Source: Geosiphon pyriformis uo1
Taxonomy: Eukaryota > Fungi > Glomeromycota
Length of the DNA stretch: 64,000 nucleotides
Assembly: GCA_016748015.1 (NCBI GenBank)
Contig: JAAOMT010000660.1
Span: forward strand, 62,001-126,000
Direction: 5' to 3'
Shown: positions 50,435-64,000 of the stretch, piece after piece
Numbering within the stretch: position 1 is the stretch's first letter
Layout of the letters: each line of letters starts with the position of its first letter
Translations under genes and position numbers: made by a program
Notes under the pieces: model-generated
The model's database searches: none
The model's input: only the letters and a program-made list of their open reading frames with translations
What the model was told of the DNA's origin: nothing

Positions 50435-51520
50435 ACAGGCAACTTCACCAAATACACCAAGAGCCATCTTAATATCAACAGCTAATACACCCAAAGGTAT
50501 ATCATACAGTGCAACAGCGGCAGGAGAGGAACCAGATTCAGAAACCACCAAGAACTTGGCAATTTTGAGAGTGGCCAAATGAACAAAGCTTGTAAGCTTA
50601 ACCAGAAATGCAGCTTCCAAAGACTGTTAAGAAGCAAACTTCACACAGAAAAACTTCACATTGTCTTTTGAAACAGATTTAGCACCTAAGAAACCATGTA
50701 CAGACTGAAAAACAGTCTTAACATGAGCCAATTTGATCTTAAAAATAGCACCAGACACCAGAGTAGAGACTACCCACTCAGCAAACCTTTGACAACTAGT
50801 AATAGTTTTCCAAGCACCACCAGAAGGAGCACCAAAAACTAGAGGAGGAGATGATTCAGTTTTCATTTGATCAGTCCAGTTCCCAAGAACAGGTGACCCA
50901 ACAAGAGGAGATTGTTTTGCTTCTAAAACCAGCAATGATCTGCCAGAAGACACCATATTTGGCAATATAGCCAGTAGTTGATTTTGGCCCATCTTGGATG
51001 ACATGTCAGATGATGCTATGAAGATCTTATCTAAGATCTCATTAGGAACCACAAAGAGGCTTGGTGTAACAATAACAGAGGCAAGTGACTGCCCCCACTT
51101 TTCTGAACTTTTGGTCTTTTTGACCATTTTTTTTGAAAAGGTGGTGCTAGCAGCACCAAGTGTTGAATCTATGAAAGGAAAAACCAGCTTATTTACTGGT
51201 CTATTATTAAAAACTTTTGGGCTCTTGGTTAGGGTGGAGACAACACTAGGACTAACTCAAATGTGTCTCTTTGAGGGAACTTTGACTGGTGAGAAACCAG
51301 CCAAAGATGAGGAAATTGCTTCAGTGGCTACCAAAGGCAGCTTATCATGATTACTGAGTAAAGGAAAGACTTCTAAAACATTTTGTCTAGTTGCTTCTAC
51401 AACAGAGAGAGCTTCTCTGGTTGAAATTTTATTAGATATCTTAGGACAGATATCAGGTGCAGCTTTTTTACTCTTTGCTCTGGTCATGATTATAAAATTA
51501 AGGAGACAAAGAGTTTATTT
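50435..51520 (-). mobile_element. Element G, 5' half (ORF start MTRAKSKK at 51487); 5' boundary approximate
   Basis: Ends in an RRM-like ...DIPLGVLAVDIKMALGVFGEVA that joins in frame to ...VVLKPAGVWQ at 24170 once E1 is removed. Confidence 0.75.
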
Positions 51521-51969
51521 ATATTATTTTTAAAGTATTTAATATTCAAAACATAAAAATAAATATTATTATTTTAAACCAATAATTTTTGATTATATTT
51601 ATTGATAAAATATTAATACTTTATTTTTATTATTATTATTATTTTTTTATTATTTTTTGCTGTTGTATATTTTATTCTGCTGTTAAATAGTTAAAAAAAA
51701 TAGTATTAAAATTATAATATTAAAATTATTTAATTAAAAAAATGTAAAATTAAAACTTTTAAGAAGTTAAATTGTTTATTAAAAAATAAAAAATGCCAAA
51801 ATAAATCTGTAATTATATTATTACTTATAAAAAAAAGATAAAAAATTATTATTATTAAAATATAATTAGTTAATTAAATATTAAAAAGATAATATAATGC
51901 CAAAAATTTTAAAATATTTATAAAATTCTGAAAATATAAAATTTTAAAAATATTAAAAGAAATATTAAT

Positions 51970-53679
51970 TTTATTATTATTATGAGTTTTAAGAATGAAA
52001 CCCAACTGCTATCTAGTACATAGAACCAAACTAAATGGATCAAACTAAATACAGTTCACATACTGACTACATATGGCCAGCCACTCAGGCTAGACAAAAC
52101 AATACTATACATCTATACTAACAAAAGCATCACTACTTAAACTAGAAAAAAAATGACACAATTTGCATCTATTAAACCTAACAGCAAAAGATTTTATAAT
52201 GCCAAGCATACAAACAATTCCGACTGACAACATAAATATTACACAGTGGAACAAATCTGAAACCACACTAGTATTTCTGACTAAGCCAGCCTTTTCTATA
52301 TCTATTTTATGTTTGGCCTTGACAATTTATACCTTAGTGCAATGCAACTCTACCACAAACTTAATATATTCCACAAGGGCCAGAACAGCTTTATTCTTTC
52401 TTTCAAAAACCAAAACAGCTTTAGCATACTAATCTCTTATCACAAAACCTTTGCAAACAGCAGTATACAGATTCACATCCAAAGAACATGCCATTAGCAA
52501 ATACAGAATAGTGGAATTAGATAAACATAAAAGACCAAACAACAACATACATTTCTTAGCAGTCTTAACCAAAATGTTCTCATGGAGACTAGAGTCACCA
52601 AAACAAGTAAAACTATAATCAAATAATTTCACTTTACTATACAGCAAGCATAACACTTTAGGATAATCTTTGTTATACAATTTCTTTCTAACTGCAACCA
52701 GTAGTTATCTATAAACTGTTTTCATTAAATATGTATGCAAATTGGCTAATTTTCTGCTAGTAAACTCTGAAAGCATGTGTGAATTAAGGTGCCAAATCAT
52801 CATAGTAGTCTTTCAATTTATTTCTTTAATTATAGTACTTGAAATTATATCAAAACCAGGACCATCCTCCCAATGGATATAACAAATTGATTGGTACAAA
52901 TTGTGAACAAAATGATGAGCATTGCCAGATACAGCAGTTTTTTCAACAACCAAAAATTTTTCTCGAATTTTAACCAGCAAAAAAAAAAAAGAGGAAGTAG
53001 TATCACTAGCCAATATATTAGTCTTAATATTGCCAGGTACACCTAAATGGCCTTTAACTTTCACTTATTTAATTAAAATGTTTTTATTTTTAAGAAGATT
53101 AACTATCTGCAATCTTTTAATACAACCTTAGTTACAGAAGTCAGACACAGTAAAAAAAGTTTTGAACATACAGACATTTATTGTTAATTGGCTATCCAAG
53201 TACAAGACTACAGAGCATAAAAGTAGAACACACTCTAAAGCCAAAGCCATAGCATGTAGTTTAGTCAAAATAGAGAACAGAAGTCCAGCTACCCTAACTT
53301 CAATATTCATGTTTACAGCTAAAAAGTACACAACTGCCTTACTTGCTATCTTAATGGAACCAGCACTTTTTAAGGACCCATCTGTGTAGACCTTAATACA
53401 ATTAGACCACTCCTCCAACAAATTATCACAAACAACAGAGAACTTTTCAGAATTCAAAACATCTAGCACATCTTTCTTAAAAACAGCAGCAGTTCTGATC
53501 TCCAACAAAGTAAAATTGCTTATAAAATTAGACATCAATATAAACCAGTAAGACACAGGGTCTTTTAGATCTAACTATTTCCAATACCAAAATGTTTTTT
53601 AGTCCATTACTTTTTTCTTTTTGTCAAAAAGTCTGTTACCAAAAGCAATACCAAACTATCTTAACAAAAAAACAGATTT
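51970..53679 (-). mobile_element. 5'-truncated, heavily decayed LINE family B (RNase H, zinc finger, 3' UTR, (TAA)n tail); continues at 60600-60660
   Basis: VYTDGSL, KLHAMALAL, LDSQ, KVKGH motifs. The 60600-60660 piece reads HKSGIFLMFDILDQFLYYKS and joins KSVFLLR at 53679. Confidence 0.85.
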
Positions 53680-56600
53680 TTTTTTTTATATTATTTTAAT
53701 GAGTGAGGTCCAAATGCGACCTAGTGCCTTACATTATACAAATAATCTAAACTAGGAGTGAATCATGCACTTTCTACACATGACCAGCCATTCGGGCCAG
53801 TCAGGACTACACTATACACCTATACACACAGAAACCAAATTCCCAATATCTGAAAAAAATGGACAAAACTTATGAAACCCAAAACCAACTCCAAAAGCCT
53901 CAGCCATACCTAGCAATCTAATCACACCAGCTAAAAAAACCATAGACAAACCAGAAACCGAAGCGGGAGCGGAGCCATTACATGGAATCAAACCGTGTTT
54001 TTCCATAAATGTCCGGTGCCTGGCGTGGACCAACCAAATGTCATCCCGAAATGCAAGACAGAACCCATGTACAAAATCCACAATTTTACTAGCTCTAACC
54101 TCAGAATCCTTGAAAACTGAAATAGATTCACGATACCAATTGTTAAAAACAAAACCCTTATACAGAGCAGCACCAACCCCAACCTTGGAAACACAGGAAT
54201 CCAACAGCTGCGAGACACACAAAGAAGACCGAGACAGACCAGAAAGAGCTACCCAAGCCAAAGCATGAATGTCCAACAATTGGGCACAATCAGTGGCGTT
54301 ATAAGAACAAGAAAAGACATGATCCGAGATCTCAACATTACCACAATACAAACACACTACACTGGAGTACCCTCTATTATACAAATGCTTACGCATAGCA
54401 ACTGGGAGCTGACAATGAAGGGCCTTCATAAAGTAAGTCCAAAAGCCAGTCATATATGCACTAGTGAAACCAGCAGCCAAGTGAGAATTGGAGTGCCACA
54501 CCAGGAAAGACTTGGACCAATTAATATCAGCACACAAACCATCTGCCACAATCCAAGAGCCAGACCCAACCTCTCAGCGAGCACAATGAACCAAACAAAA
54601 AACATCACGAACAAAGTGTCTAGAATTACCAGAAACCACAGTACCACCCGTCTTCAGAAAATGTTCGCCAATCAAATGAGGCAGGTGCCAAGCAGAAAAA
54701 GCAGTCTCTTTAGCAAGTGCATTAGCACATTCATTGCCTGGGATGCCTGAATGACCCCTAACTTTAATCCAATTCACTTCCAAATTCTTGCGACAAATGA
54801 CATTAGCTATATAATGGCGCTCAATCCAACAACGGTTCCTAAAATCCAGATAAACCAACAAAGACTCTGACTTGCATGCATCCACAACAGCTTGGCTGTC
54901 CAAAAACAAGTCAACCAACCGAAAAGAGGGAACACACTCAAGAGCCAAAGCAATTGCCTGCAATTCCGTCAGAGTAGAAGAAACCAAACCAGACACCCCA
55001 ACACTCAAACTTGAGTTAATGTTCTCAAAGAAAGTGGCAGCACCTGCTTTCATGTCAACAGTGCCCAGACCACTTAGAGACCCATCCATATACACAGACA
55101 GGTGAGCGGTATCAATGGTCAGCAAAGTGTCACAAACCACACCAAAACCATGAGACAAGTGAACATCAGAACCAGCATGATCCTCTACAAAAGAGGGACA
55201 AATAGAAGGAGGAATAACACTACCAAGAAATTGAACGGAGAGATCAAACCACAAAGGGACTGGGCCATGAGGGTCTAGTCTCTTCCAACGCTTGAAGATA
55301 TCCCAACTGAAAACATCCTCACTACGGTCATGAAGTTGTTCCACAAAAGCAATCCCATAATGCCTGAGTAAAGAGACACACTTGAAAAAATAGTGTTCAC
55401 CAAGAACCAGAGACATAGGAGTACCATCCTGATGGCAAAAAACACAAGTCAGAAAGCCATCCAAAGACAAATCATATCCAGAAAAGATACGAACCACATC
55501 CGCCAAAAAATTATTTGAGGGACTAACACCAATGCAAACTGAAAACAGCAAGAGATGACAAGGATGCCAGCTAAGAACCTAGAGGTTATAAGACCTATGA
55601 GAGAACAAGCGACCCAAGACACTAGTAGAATTCGCAAAAGCAACAACAAAAACCAATTTACTCTCAGCCTGGATTTGTTCAAAGGTCTTTAAATTGTACA
55701 AAGAGAGGTAATGAAGTGCATCACTGGGGAAATCACATGGCAATCCAGACTTAGACTTCAAGATCTTGCATACTAGAGCATCCCATTTATTACAAACACC
55801 AACAGAAACAAAACTGAACTGAGTCCTGTAGCTGATGATAGGAAAAAGAACTGCAGACAACAAATATGCACACTGTTTGTCCGAAACCACCTTTCTTAAA
55901 ACAAGATTCACAAAAAATTGCACATCTGCTTGAGCTTTAGCCAAGCTAGACTTTGAAAGACCCTCAAAAGACAAAAAAATACCCAGATGGTGATGAGATT
56001 CCCCCTTCTTGGTGATGGAAATGGGCGAGCCACTAATAGTTAAACATGGGTCTATCACCTAGCAGTTGATAGGAATGGCAACCATCTTGTTGTTATTTAT
56101 AGAAATGTCATTGAACCTGAAAAATTCACTAGCAACATTAAGGATATGTTGAGTAGCAGTCTGGCTGCTACCAACCCAAATAGTATCATCGACAAAAGCA
56201 CCAGCAGTGAAAAAGGAAGTCAGTCCAGCTTGAGGATCTACTCAACCAGTTTTGGAAATAAAATGAGAATTCAATTTGTAGTCACACACACTCTCCTGTT
56301 TCTTGACCTTGTATAAAAGTGAATCATAAAAAATACGCCAAAGAAGAGGCGAGAAAACTTCTTCCTGATCCAGCCCATTGTGGACACAATACTCATTAGT
56401 CAAGCCAAAGTCAGTCATCACCTTGTTAATGCGACTATTGTGAATACTGCCAAAAAATTTAATAAATCTGTTACACATCTTGATTCTGACCAGACTTCTC
56501 CTAAGATGTTCCCAACCAACTGAGTCATAAGCTTTGTGCATGTCTTGTAAAACCAGCCAAAGTTCATAGTTCTTCTCCAAGGCATCCTCAACCACAGAAC

Positions 56601-59600
56601 CAATAGCAAAAATGGGAGATTGCATCATCATATCTTTCAAAACAGAAAAATTATCTCCATGAAAGATCTCAAAAGTGCTACAAGCCAATGAAATTCTATC
56701 TGAAAGAATCTTGGAAAAAATTTTGCAGGCCATTTCAATTAAAGCTATAGGACGGGTGTTCATGAAAACTCCCTCCCATTTATATGGTTTAGAAATCATT
56801 GAAACCCAAGCTTCTCTCCATGGCCCAGGAACTGATTTACCAACCAAACAGGAATTCAAAAGCACCAAAAGCATATCCAAAACCGATTTGTCACAATGTC
56901 TCCACAATTCATTGGAGATACCAAAAAAACCAGCTGTCTTTCTATCAGGAAGATCCTTGACAACAGTCAACAATTCATCTAAACTAATTGAACACATAAC
57001 ATTAGAGAAAGCACCATCGAACATGTAATCCAGAGGCCGATATTGGCGGGCCCAATCCTTAGAGATGTCAGATATCATCTTACACTTTCTGGTCTATTTC
57101 TCCATAATTTTGTCCATCTTAGATTTAACCAAATCAGGCTCTAAAACCAACTCATCTTCTACAACCAGATGATCCAGGACCACCTTGCAAAAAAAACGCC
57201 CAAAACGCTCCTAATGGTGTGACCCTTGTTCAGCTCAAAACTTTTCATTCTCTTATCAATAGCCTGCTTGATCGAGGACTTCTTAGTATGCTTGGATTCC
57301 AATAATTTGGAAGAGCAGTACAATTTTCTTACTTTGGTCAGTACAAAACAAATAAGATCAAAATTAGAACCTGAAAAAAACAGAGACCTAACCATTGATG
57401 CACCAGGAGAGTCGAGTCTGTGTCACACCTCCAACAAAGAAGCAAAACCATCACTAGAATCCAAATACGAAGTCTTAACCAACTTAGAAACCAGCAGCTC
57501 CAGCTTGTGAAACCTGGAGAAAGTCTTGGTAAATACACCATCAAAACCTTTGAACCATTTTTTCTTAAATGTACCACCCGCTAAAAGAACCATAATCTTG
57601 CGAACAATGTTCCACATAGCGTCCATATCTGAAAACCTCACTGCCACACCAAAAGCATCCGAGAACATAGAGACATTAGCAGCCGAAGCATCTTTGAACT
57701 CCAACCACCTAGTTTCATTGGCACTCTTGATGTCAAACTTCCAACAATTTTTATTTGCTTGCGTGCGAAGAGAATTCAAGCACATATTCAAAAGTCCACC
57801 CAAACCCAAAAACACTAAAACAGCTTGATGGTCCATGTCAAAATGCTCACTGACATTTAAAACTCCATGATTTACTATTGCATTGACCAGATTTGGGGAG
57901 ACAAACATGTAATCAATTGTTTTTTTAACACCCCTAGAATTTTCTCAAGTGGGCATTTTCGCAGCCGGACTACTAACTAAAGAATTGACCAGACCCAAAT
58001 CAAAGCATTTTTTGAAACTCGCACTCTTATGAGAACCGTCTTCATTAAAATTACCTCCGAGAATGATGAAAGAAGATTCATTAACAGCCCTTGCAATAAG
58101 AGAGTTGATCTTATCAGCCTGAGAAAACTGCACCACCGAAGATGCACCACCAAAGACACACCAGCATACAGCCTCAGAATAGACACAGAAAGTTTATTCC
58201 CAAAGAGCAGTCTTAATGACAACAGCTGACCAGGTATCTCCGAAATCTTACATATATGCTTCGCTAAAGAAGAATCTATAATTATTACAACACCAAAACC
58301 CATGTAACCAGAATCCAGACCAGAAGTAAAAACACGAACACCATCAAACTTATTGGCAATTCACAGATGAACCATGCCTTTTAACTTTGTCTCAGTAACA
58401 ATAGAGACCAGATTGTTCATATCCTTATGCCAACGTATAATGTCTGCCTGCTTTGCACAATTGTTCATACCTCTGACATTACACATGACAATTTTCCAAA
58501 TTAAGTGAGTCATTAAGAAGACAGGGGAACTGACAAACCCGAACCAGAGCACAGAATATTTAATTTATCCAAAACTGAACCAACTGAGGCCTCCAAAGCA
58601 ATCAATTTTGTTTCCAAACCACCCACTTTGGCAGTAAAGACTTTGGAACTACTAGAGCTGAGCTCAACAACAGCATTATAAACAACAGATGGAGAAGTAC
58701 CAGATGAAACCAAAGCAGTATTCATAATCATATCAGAATCCACATTAGAAGTCAAAGTTTCAGAAACAGCAGGAAGAAGGCTCAGAGATGGGGTCACCAC
58801 AGGAACCAAATCAATGGATTCCAGTCGAACCAAAATGCCAGAAATGCGGTCAGTCAAAAGCTCCAAAGAGCACTCCAAAATTGCCAGCCAGTCATTCAAA
58901 TGAGAAATGGTAAGAGAGTCAGTCATCATTGAAGAAGAAACCAAACCAAAATGCAAATCAGCACCAACCAAACCAGAAGAAATTACACAAGAAGGAGAGC
59001 CACCAGCAACTTTGGCCCATGTTTTATCACCAAATGAGACTGGACAAGCAATAGGAGCCAACTTTTTCTTATATATCCCAGCTAGATGAATCCAATCTTG
59101 CTCAGAAACCACCCTCTTCTCATGAACACCAGAATATTCACCCAAAAAACAGTTGACTGTAACATGACCGAATTGTTTACAATGAGTGCAACTGGCCAAA
59201 GAAAGACCAGCCCAATGCAAACTTACACTCTTGAAAACTGGAATGGTACTAATAGCAGCCAACTTGGATGCCTCATCACCACAACAAATTACAGCACATC
59301 TATCATGAACATATGAATTAGGATTACAGCCAATGAAACAAGTCTTCCCACCATATGATTCCAACAAACTGGAAAGGTCATGGGCATTAGTGCCAACCGA
59401 AAGAGTATAAAGCAAAGCCCGATGCTGATCTCTTGATACCCATGTTTGTTTATCACTGACTGTCAAAGCCACATGCACCAAATTTTTTCCCATAAGAACT
59501 GACTATTTGAAAGCAACCAGACTAACTACTTCAGATGACTCAAATTCAATCAGGGCCTTTTGCCAGAAACCAACCAGCTGCATTTTGATTGAAACAATCT

Positions 59601-60599
59601 TGCCAAATTTGGAAAAGACTGACTCTACTGCCAATCTGAGAAGATCCACCAGGATCTCCTTGACTATCACTTCCCGATCTGAATAGACATCCATTTTTCT
59701 CAGATTATCATTGACTAAAATTTTCTTACCAATTGCCATTTTCCTAGCCTTATTCAAACTAATTTCAGATGTAAAGGAGGATTTGATGATCCCTAGGAAC
59801 TTTGAGGGAGTTGAGGCTCCTTCAAATCTATCAATGTGATAAAAAATTTTTTTCAAACTGATTAATTTATCATTATTGGTTTTGCCAGGAATGGCAGAAA
59901 GTTTAATATCAAGAGCAAAGGATTTTGTCAAATCAAAGCTTTGTTTCTTTGGGGCACGTGACACAAGCGGCGGCAATTGATTAGAACCACTAAGCAAATA
60001 AGGAGGGAGCTCTAGCACACTATTATCATTACTCACATTGTCGAAAAAGAGTTGTTTTATTGGGTTGTCCAGAGTGTACGTCCTAGTGCATGTTTTCTTT
60101 GGTGTAGCTTCATCCATGTCATTGTCCTCACCAGATTCTGCGTAGCTTGTTTTTTTGGTAATCAAGTTCGTCATATTTTCTGCATTCGAAAGACCGCTCA
60201 CACTGCTCATTACACTACCGACATCGCTACCCCAGGACACCGCAGGTTTGGCACCAGCTTCACCCAAATCTTCCAAGCTGAGAGGGCCAGCAGATGTATT
60301 AATCACACCACCGACAGCAACAGGCTTCTTAGGTTTCTTGTAGAATGCACCACGCGAGTGAGCATTTGCCAAGCGTTTAGATTTAACACCAGAACGGATC
60401 CCCAAACCCACTGAAACAGAGCCTAAACCACCAGCAAAAGAGCCTGTTGGTTTCATATTAACAAAAAGGGATGTACTGAGAGAAATAACTTTAAGACGAA
60501 AGGGGAAAAAGGAAAAGGAGAAAGCTATTCTATCAATTTACTTCTTGCTCTCGCTATGGTCAGGGGATCGACGAGAGAAAAAGCTTTTTAGTTATTTTC
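53680..60599 (-). mobile_element. Full-length degenerate LINE A2 (ORF1 60456-58513; ORF2 58513-53812)
   Basis: Collinear with A1 throughout, poly(A) tail at ~53680-53697, 7-bp TSD CAGATTT at 53673-53679 and 60600-60606. Confidence 0.93.
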
Positions 60600-61972
60600 C
60601 AGATTTGTAGTACAAGAACTGATCCAAAATATCAAACATCAGAAAAATACCAGATTTATGAAAAAATATTAAGAATAATAAATTCACAATATTTTTTAAA
60701 AAATATATTACAATAATAAAATTAAGCCAAATTCTAGCAATAATATATAAATAATAAATTTAATTATTTTTTAAAAAACAACAAAATACAAAGCAACTAG
60801 AAAATTTCAAGAGACAATTAATAAATTACTTTAATAATAATATTAAAATTCAATAAAAACAAAAAAACCAATAACAAACTTAGTTTTAATAATAATATTA
60901 AAAATTTTAAAATGTAAAATTTTTAAAACCAATTAAAATTCACACAGTTTTTAAATAATTTAATTTTAAAATTTTTTAATTAAAAATAATATTAAAAAAA
61001 GAATTATTACTTTTAGTTTAATTAAAAACTACAAATATTAAAACAATTTGTTTTGCTTTTAAAAAAAAATAACCAAATACTAATTGTATATATTTTAATA
61101 AACCTATTACTATTACTATTGTTTAATTAAAAAAATATTATTGTTTGTAATTAATTTTTTTTGTCAACATAATTAATTTAAAGATTTAAATTTTTAAAAA
61201 CAAAATATTAATAATTGCTTTTTGACTATTTTATTTTTTGGTTATTTAAACAGTAGTAATAGTAATATTAATTATTACAAAAAAAAAAACTTTTAATTTA
61301 CCTTTATTATTAAAAAATCTTGTTTAGTTATTATATTAACAAATATAATGGATGGTTTTTTTGCTTTAAATAATAATTAATATTTTTGTTATAAAAAATT
61401 ACTTGAAAGATATTTTAAAAAAAATAGGTTTAACAAAAAAAATATAGCAAGTAAAAGCTGATTTTCTAAAGTGAAGGTGAGCGTTCCGTTTTAAATTAAG
61501 TAAAATTTATCAAGAAAAGTAGATCAATATGTTCATAAAAATTCTTAAATTAGATAGAAAGGGAGTAGATATTTATATCGCATGAAAAACTACACTAATG
61601 CTTACCCAAGTTCAAAAGCAGAAATGTGTTGAATGGGCTAAAGTTCATCTTAATAATAACTGGAAAAAAACTTATTTTGGGATGAACATTGGTACAAGGA
61701 AAAAAGACTAATTTGTCCAAGACCAAAAGATCGTACAAAATTTTTTGCATGATTTTTATATATGAAGGGAAAGCCGAAAGAAGTGACGCTTTCAACAAAA
61801 TGACGATCAAAAGTAAAGGCTAAAGTGAAATTTTTCCTACTATATTAACATTTTTCAATATGGCAATACAAAGATCGGGAAATATCATGGGTACTCGACT
61901 ATTTAGGGATTATACTATAAATATATCGAATCTTCCATTACTTTTCAAACAATTTAATTTTTTATTGCTGAA

Positions 61973-63023
61973 ATGTCTCACATTCGCAATGTCTCCAAGT
62001 TAAACTCTTCCAAAACCGCTTTTTTTGTGTGTGACATTCAAGAGAAATTTAGGCAACTCATACACCAGTTTCCTAGTCTTGTATCGACAGCTGCTAAAAT
62101 GGTATCATTACTTATGCGAGGTTTCATAAGTTTGACAATAGCGGGTTTCTTTTGTTGAACATTTAACCCTAATTGTATTCGATAGCTTACTGCTGCGACA
62201 ATCCTGGAAATTCCCGTGGTGGTAACTGAACAGGTATTTAAAGATCGAGTTCTCTTAGAAGTACTTTATTATAACGTAAGCTCTTTGCATCTCCGTTAGA
62301 ACCCGAAAGGTGTGGAGTATAATTTTCTGTCGAAGATGCTTCGTCCACTCATAGCGTTGTAGAAATATATCAATTCAAAATTACTTTACCCTTTCAAAAT
62401 TTAATAATGGGGTAGCTTTGGGCAGCACTGTTCCAGAACTCGATATTTCTGCCGCTAAGTCAGTGATATCAAAAACCAAGTTTTCAATGTTCCTGCCCGA
62501 AGTTGAGATTGTTTTAAAGGAACATTCCACGCGATCGGTCGTTCTTTTCGGACTTGAGGTATCTTAAGCAAACAATATTTTGTGCTTATAGTAGACAACT
62601 CAAGCTTTCGGGTGAGCTTCAAACACAGAGATAAGTATTCCATTTTATCATTGTGTTTCGTCTTTTAGTCGCACGTATGTATCCTACAAACCGCCTTAGA
62701 TCTGCTCGAGAATAATTATGATGTCCACGTTCTGGCAGATGGAGTTTCTTCTATTAACAACCCTGAGATCGATATCGCTTTATCTGTGAGTGTTGAAAAT
62801 TCATTTTCCTATTTCAAATATAACCATGTGCACAATTCAAATCAACATTCGATGTTTTTAGCGTATGCGGCAAGCAGGGGCGCTCATCACTACTTCAGAG
62901 TCGATACTTTTCCAACTTCTCGTTGATTCCAAGAATGAGAAGTTTAGGAGTATTTCAAAGTTGGTGAAGGAATACAAAGAGGCGACTGTAAATAACAAAT
63001 TGCTTTATAGATCAACTCTTTAA
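61973..63023 (+). CDS. Isochorismatase-family hydrolase (ISOC1/ISOC2-like), 6 exons including a 10-nt microexon
   Basis: Spliced [11 protein letters not shown]...VVVTEQ|NPK|ALGSTVPEL...KTKFSM...LFGLE|[12 protein letters not shown]...ADGVSS...[10 protein letters not shown]; TAA 63021-63023. Confidence 0.9.
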
Positions 63024-63455
63024 AAGCTTTTACCTCAAACTTACTATCTATAGAGTTTAGGGAGTCCTAGACTAAATTTTACCCAGATTTGATCCTCAGA
63101 ATCAGGCTGCTATCGAGAATCAAGATTACAGAGAATTTAATTAATTTAATAAAGGCATATTTGAAATTCACTGCACTCCGGGAAAATTTCTAATAGATTT
63201 TTGTAAAAATAGTTCAGAATCTCTCGATCAGCCAAAATTTAATTATTACTTTCAAAATTACCGCCATTCCAAAGAAACTAATATGTTTAACAGCATTTTC
63301 AATCCAATAGTATGATGATTGTACTTCCCAGATTTCGAAAGGTACTAATCAATCGAAATGGTGGTGTGAGAGAAAATTTGGCGTGAAGGCCCTGACGACT
63401 TTTTGACAAAAACCACAATACATGCCATTTTTTGGATTCGATAATACAACCGACT

Positions 63456-64000
63456 TCAAATCGATGAACTTGTTTGCAAAGATCCCACAACTGATTTTTG
63501 ATTTTCGATAAATTTGGTTATCTTAAGGCGTAATTCAGGACTAATGTTATCGTAGTTTTGGGGAATGGAAGGCCACTCTTGCGCAACTCGTTGGCGAATT
63601 GTGTTGAAATCATCCCATTTGCTGACCTTTCCATGATCGTATACAACTTTCAAAAGATTTTCAGAAGTGTGTATTGTTTCGATAGGATATACGATGGGGA
63701 TCTACCAATATTATAAGGGTTAAAATTGCTCAAAGGAATGAAACTTGCGATGATAATCAAAGATTCCAATCTTGAATTACCCCTGCAGCATTACGTCGGA
63801 CACCCAATTCACCAGGTAAACTGAACTTGTTAAGATCACTTTTCGGTGTTTTCATTATATCACTGCAAAAAGCGGACTTGAATGAACAAGTTCTTTTAAG
63901 AATTAATTCAAATGTAAGATGGAAGTATAGTAGGCCTTACCGTTTTGTTCCATCTGCATATGTAAGACTTGATAGCTTGGTAGCAAAGCTCATTGTATCT
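63456..64000 (-). CDS. 3' part of a nicotinamide phosphoribosyltransferase-like (NAPRTase/NAMPT family) gene, running off the window
   Basis: Three exons give DTMSFATKLSSLTYADGTKR|DIMKTPKSDLNKFSLPGELGVRRNAAG|IPIVYP...NLLKVVYDHG...DDFNTIRQRV. This matches the NAMPT C-terminal pattern RDT..FA.K, K.P..D..K.S..G, L..V...G, F..IR.R. Confidence 0.72.

Overview
AT-rich, intron-rich eukaryotic DNA, most likely fungal. The TE families and the Sel1 gene resemble Glomeromycotina, possibly Geosiphon; this is inferred from recall, not from a search. Left flank (2.3-12.9 kb): a Sel1-repeat protein, protein N-terminal amidase (NTA1-like), a Ska2-like kinetochore protein with an extra C-terminal winged-helix-like domain, eIF2-beta and peroxisomal 3-ketoacyl-CoA thiolase. 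Right flank (62-64 kb): an isochorismatase-family hydrolase and the 3' part of a NAMPT-like phosphoribosyltransferase. Between them lies a ~45 kb nested retroelement island that can be unpacked from split ORFs and target-site duplications. Its oldest layer is an ORF1-only (HAL1-like) non-LTR element, G (minus). G is interrupted by a full-length LINE (A1, +) and by a Ty3/Gypsy element (E1, minus). E1 is in turn interrupted by a full-length relative (E2, +), a non-autonomous gag-PR-dUTPase element (E3, +) and a solo LTR. Separately, a second full-length LINE (A2, minus) sits inside a LINE-B fragment. The Gypsy elements have an unusual layout: an AUG-less Gag N-terminal extension, a Cys-rich domain plus dUTPase between PR and RT, and integrase in a separate ORF with a long unknown C-terminal domain. 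All non-LTR elements share a ~115-nt 3' end predicted to fold as a four-way junction. All TE copies are decayed, mostly by C>T/G>A transitions.
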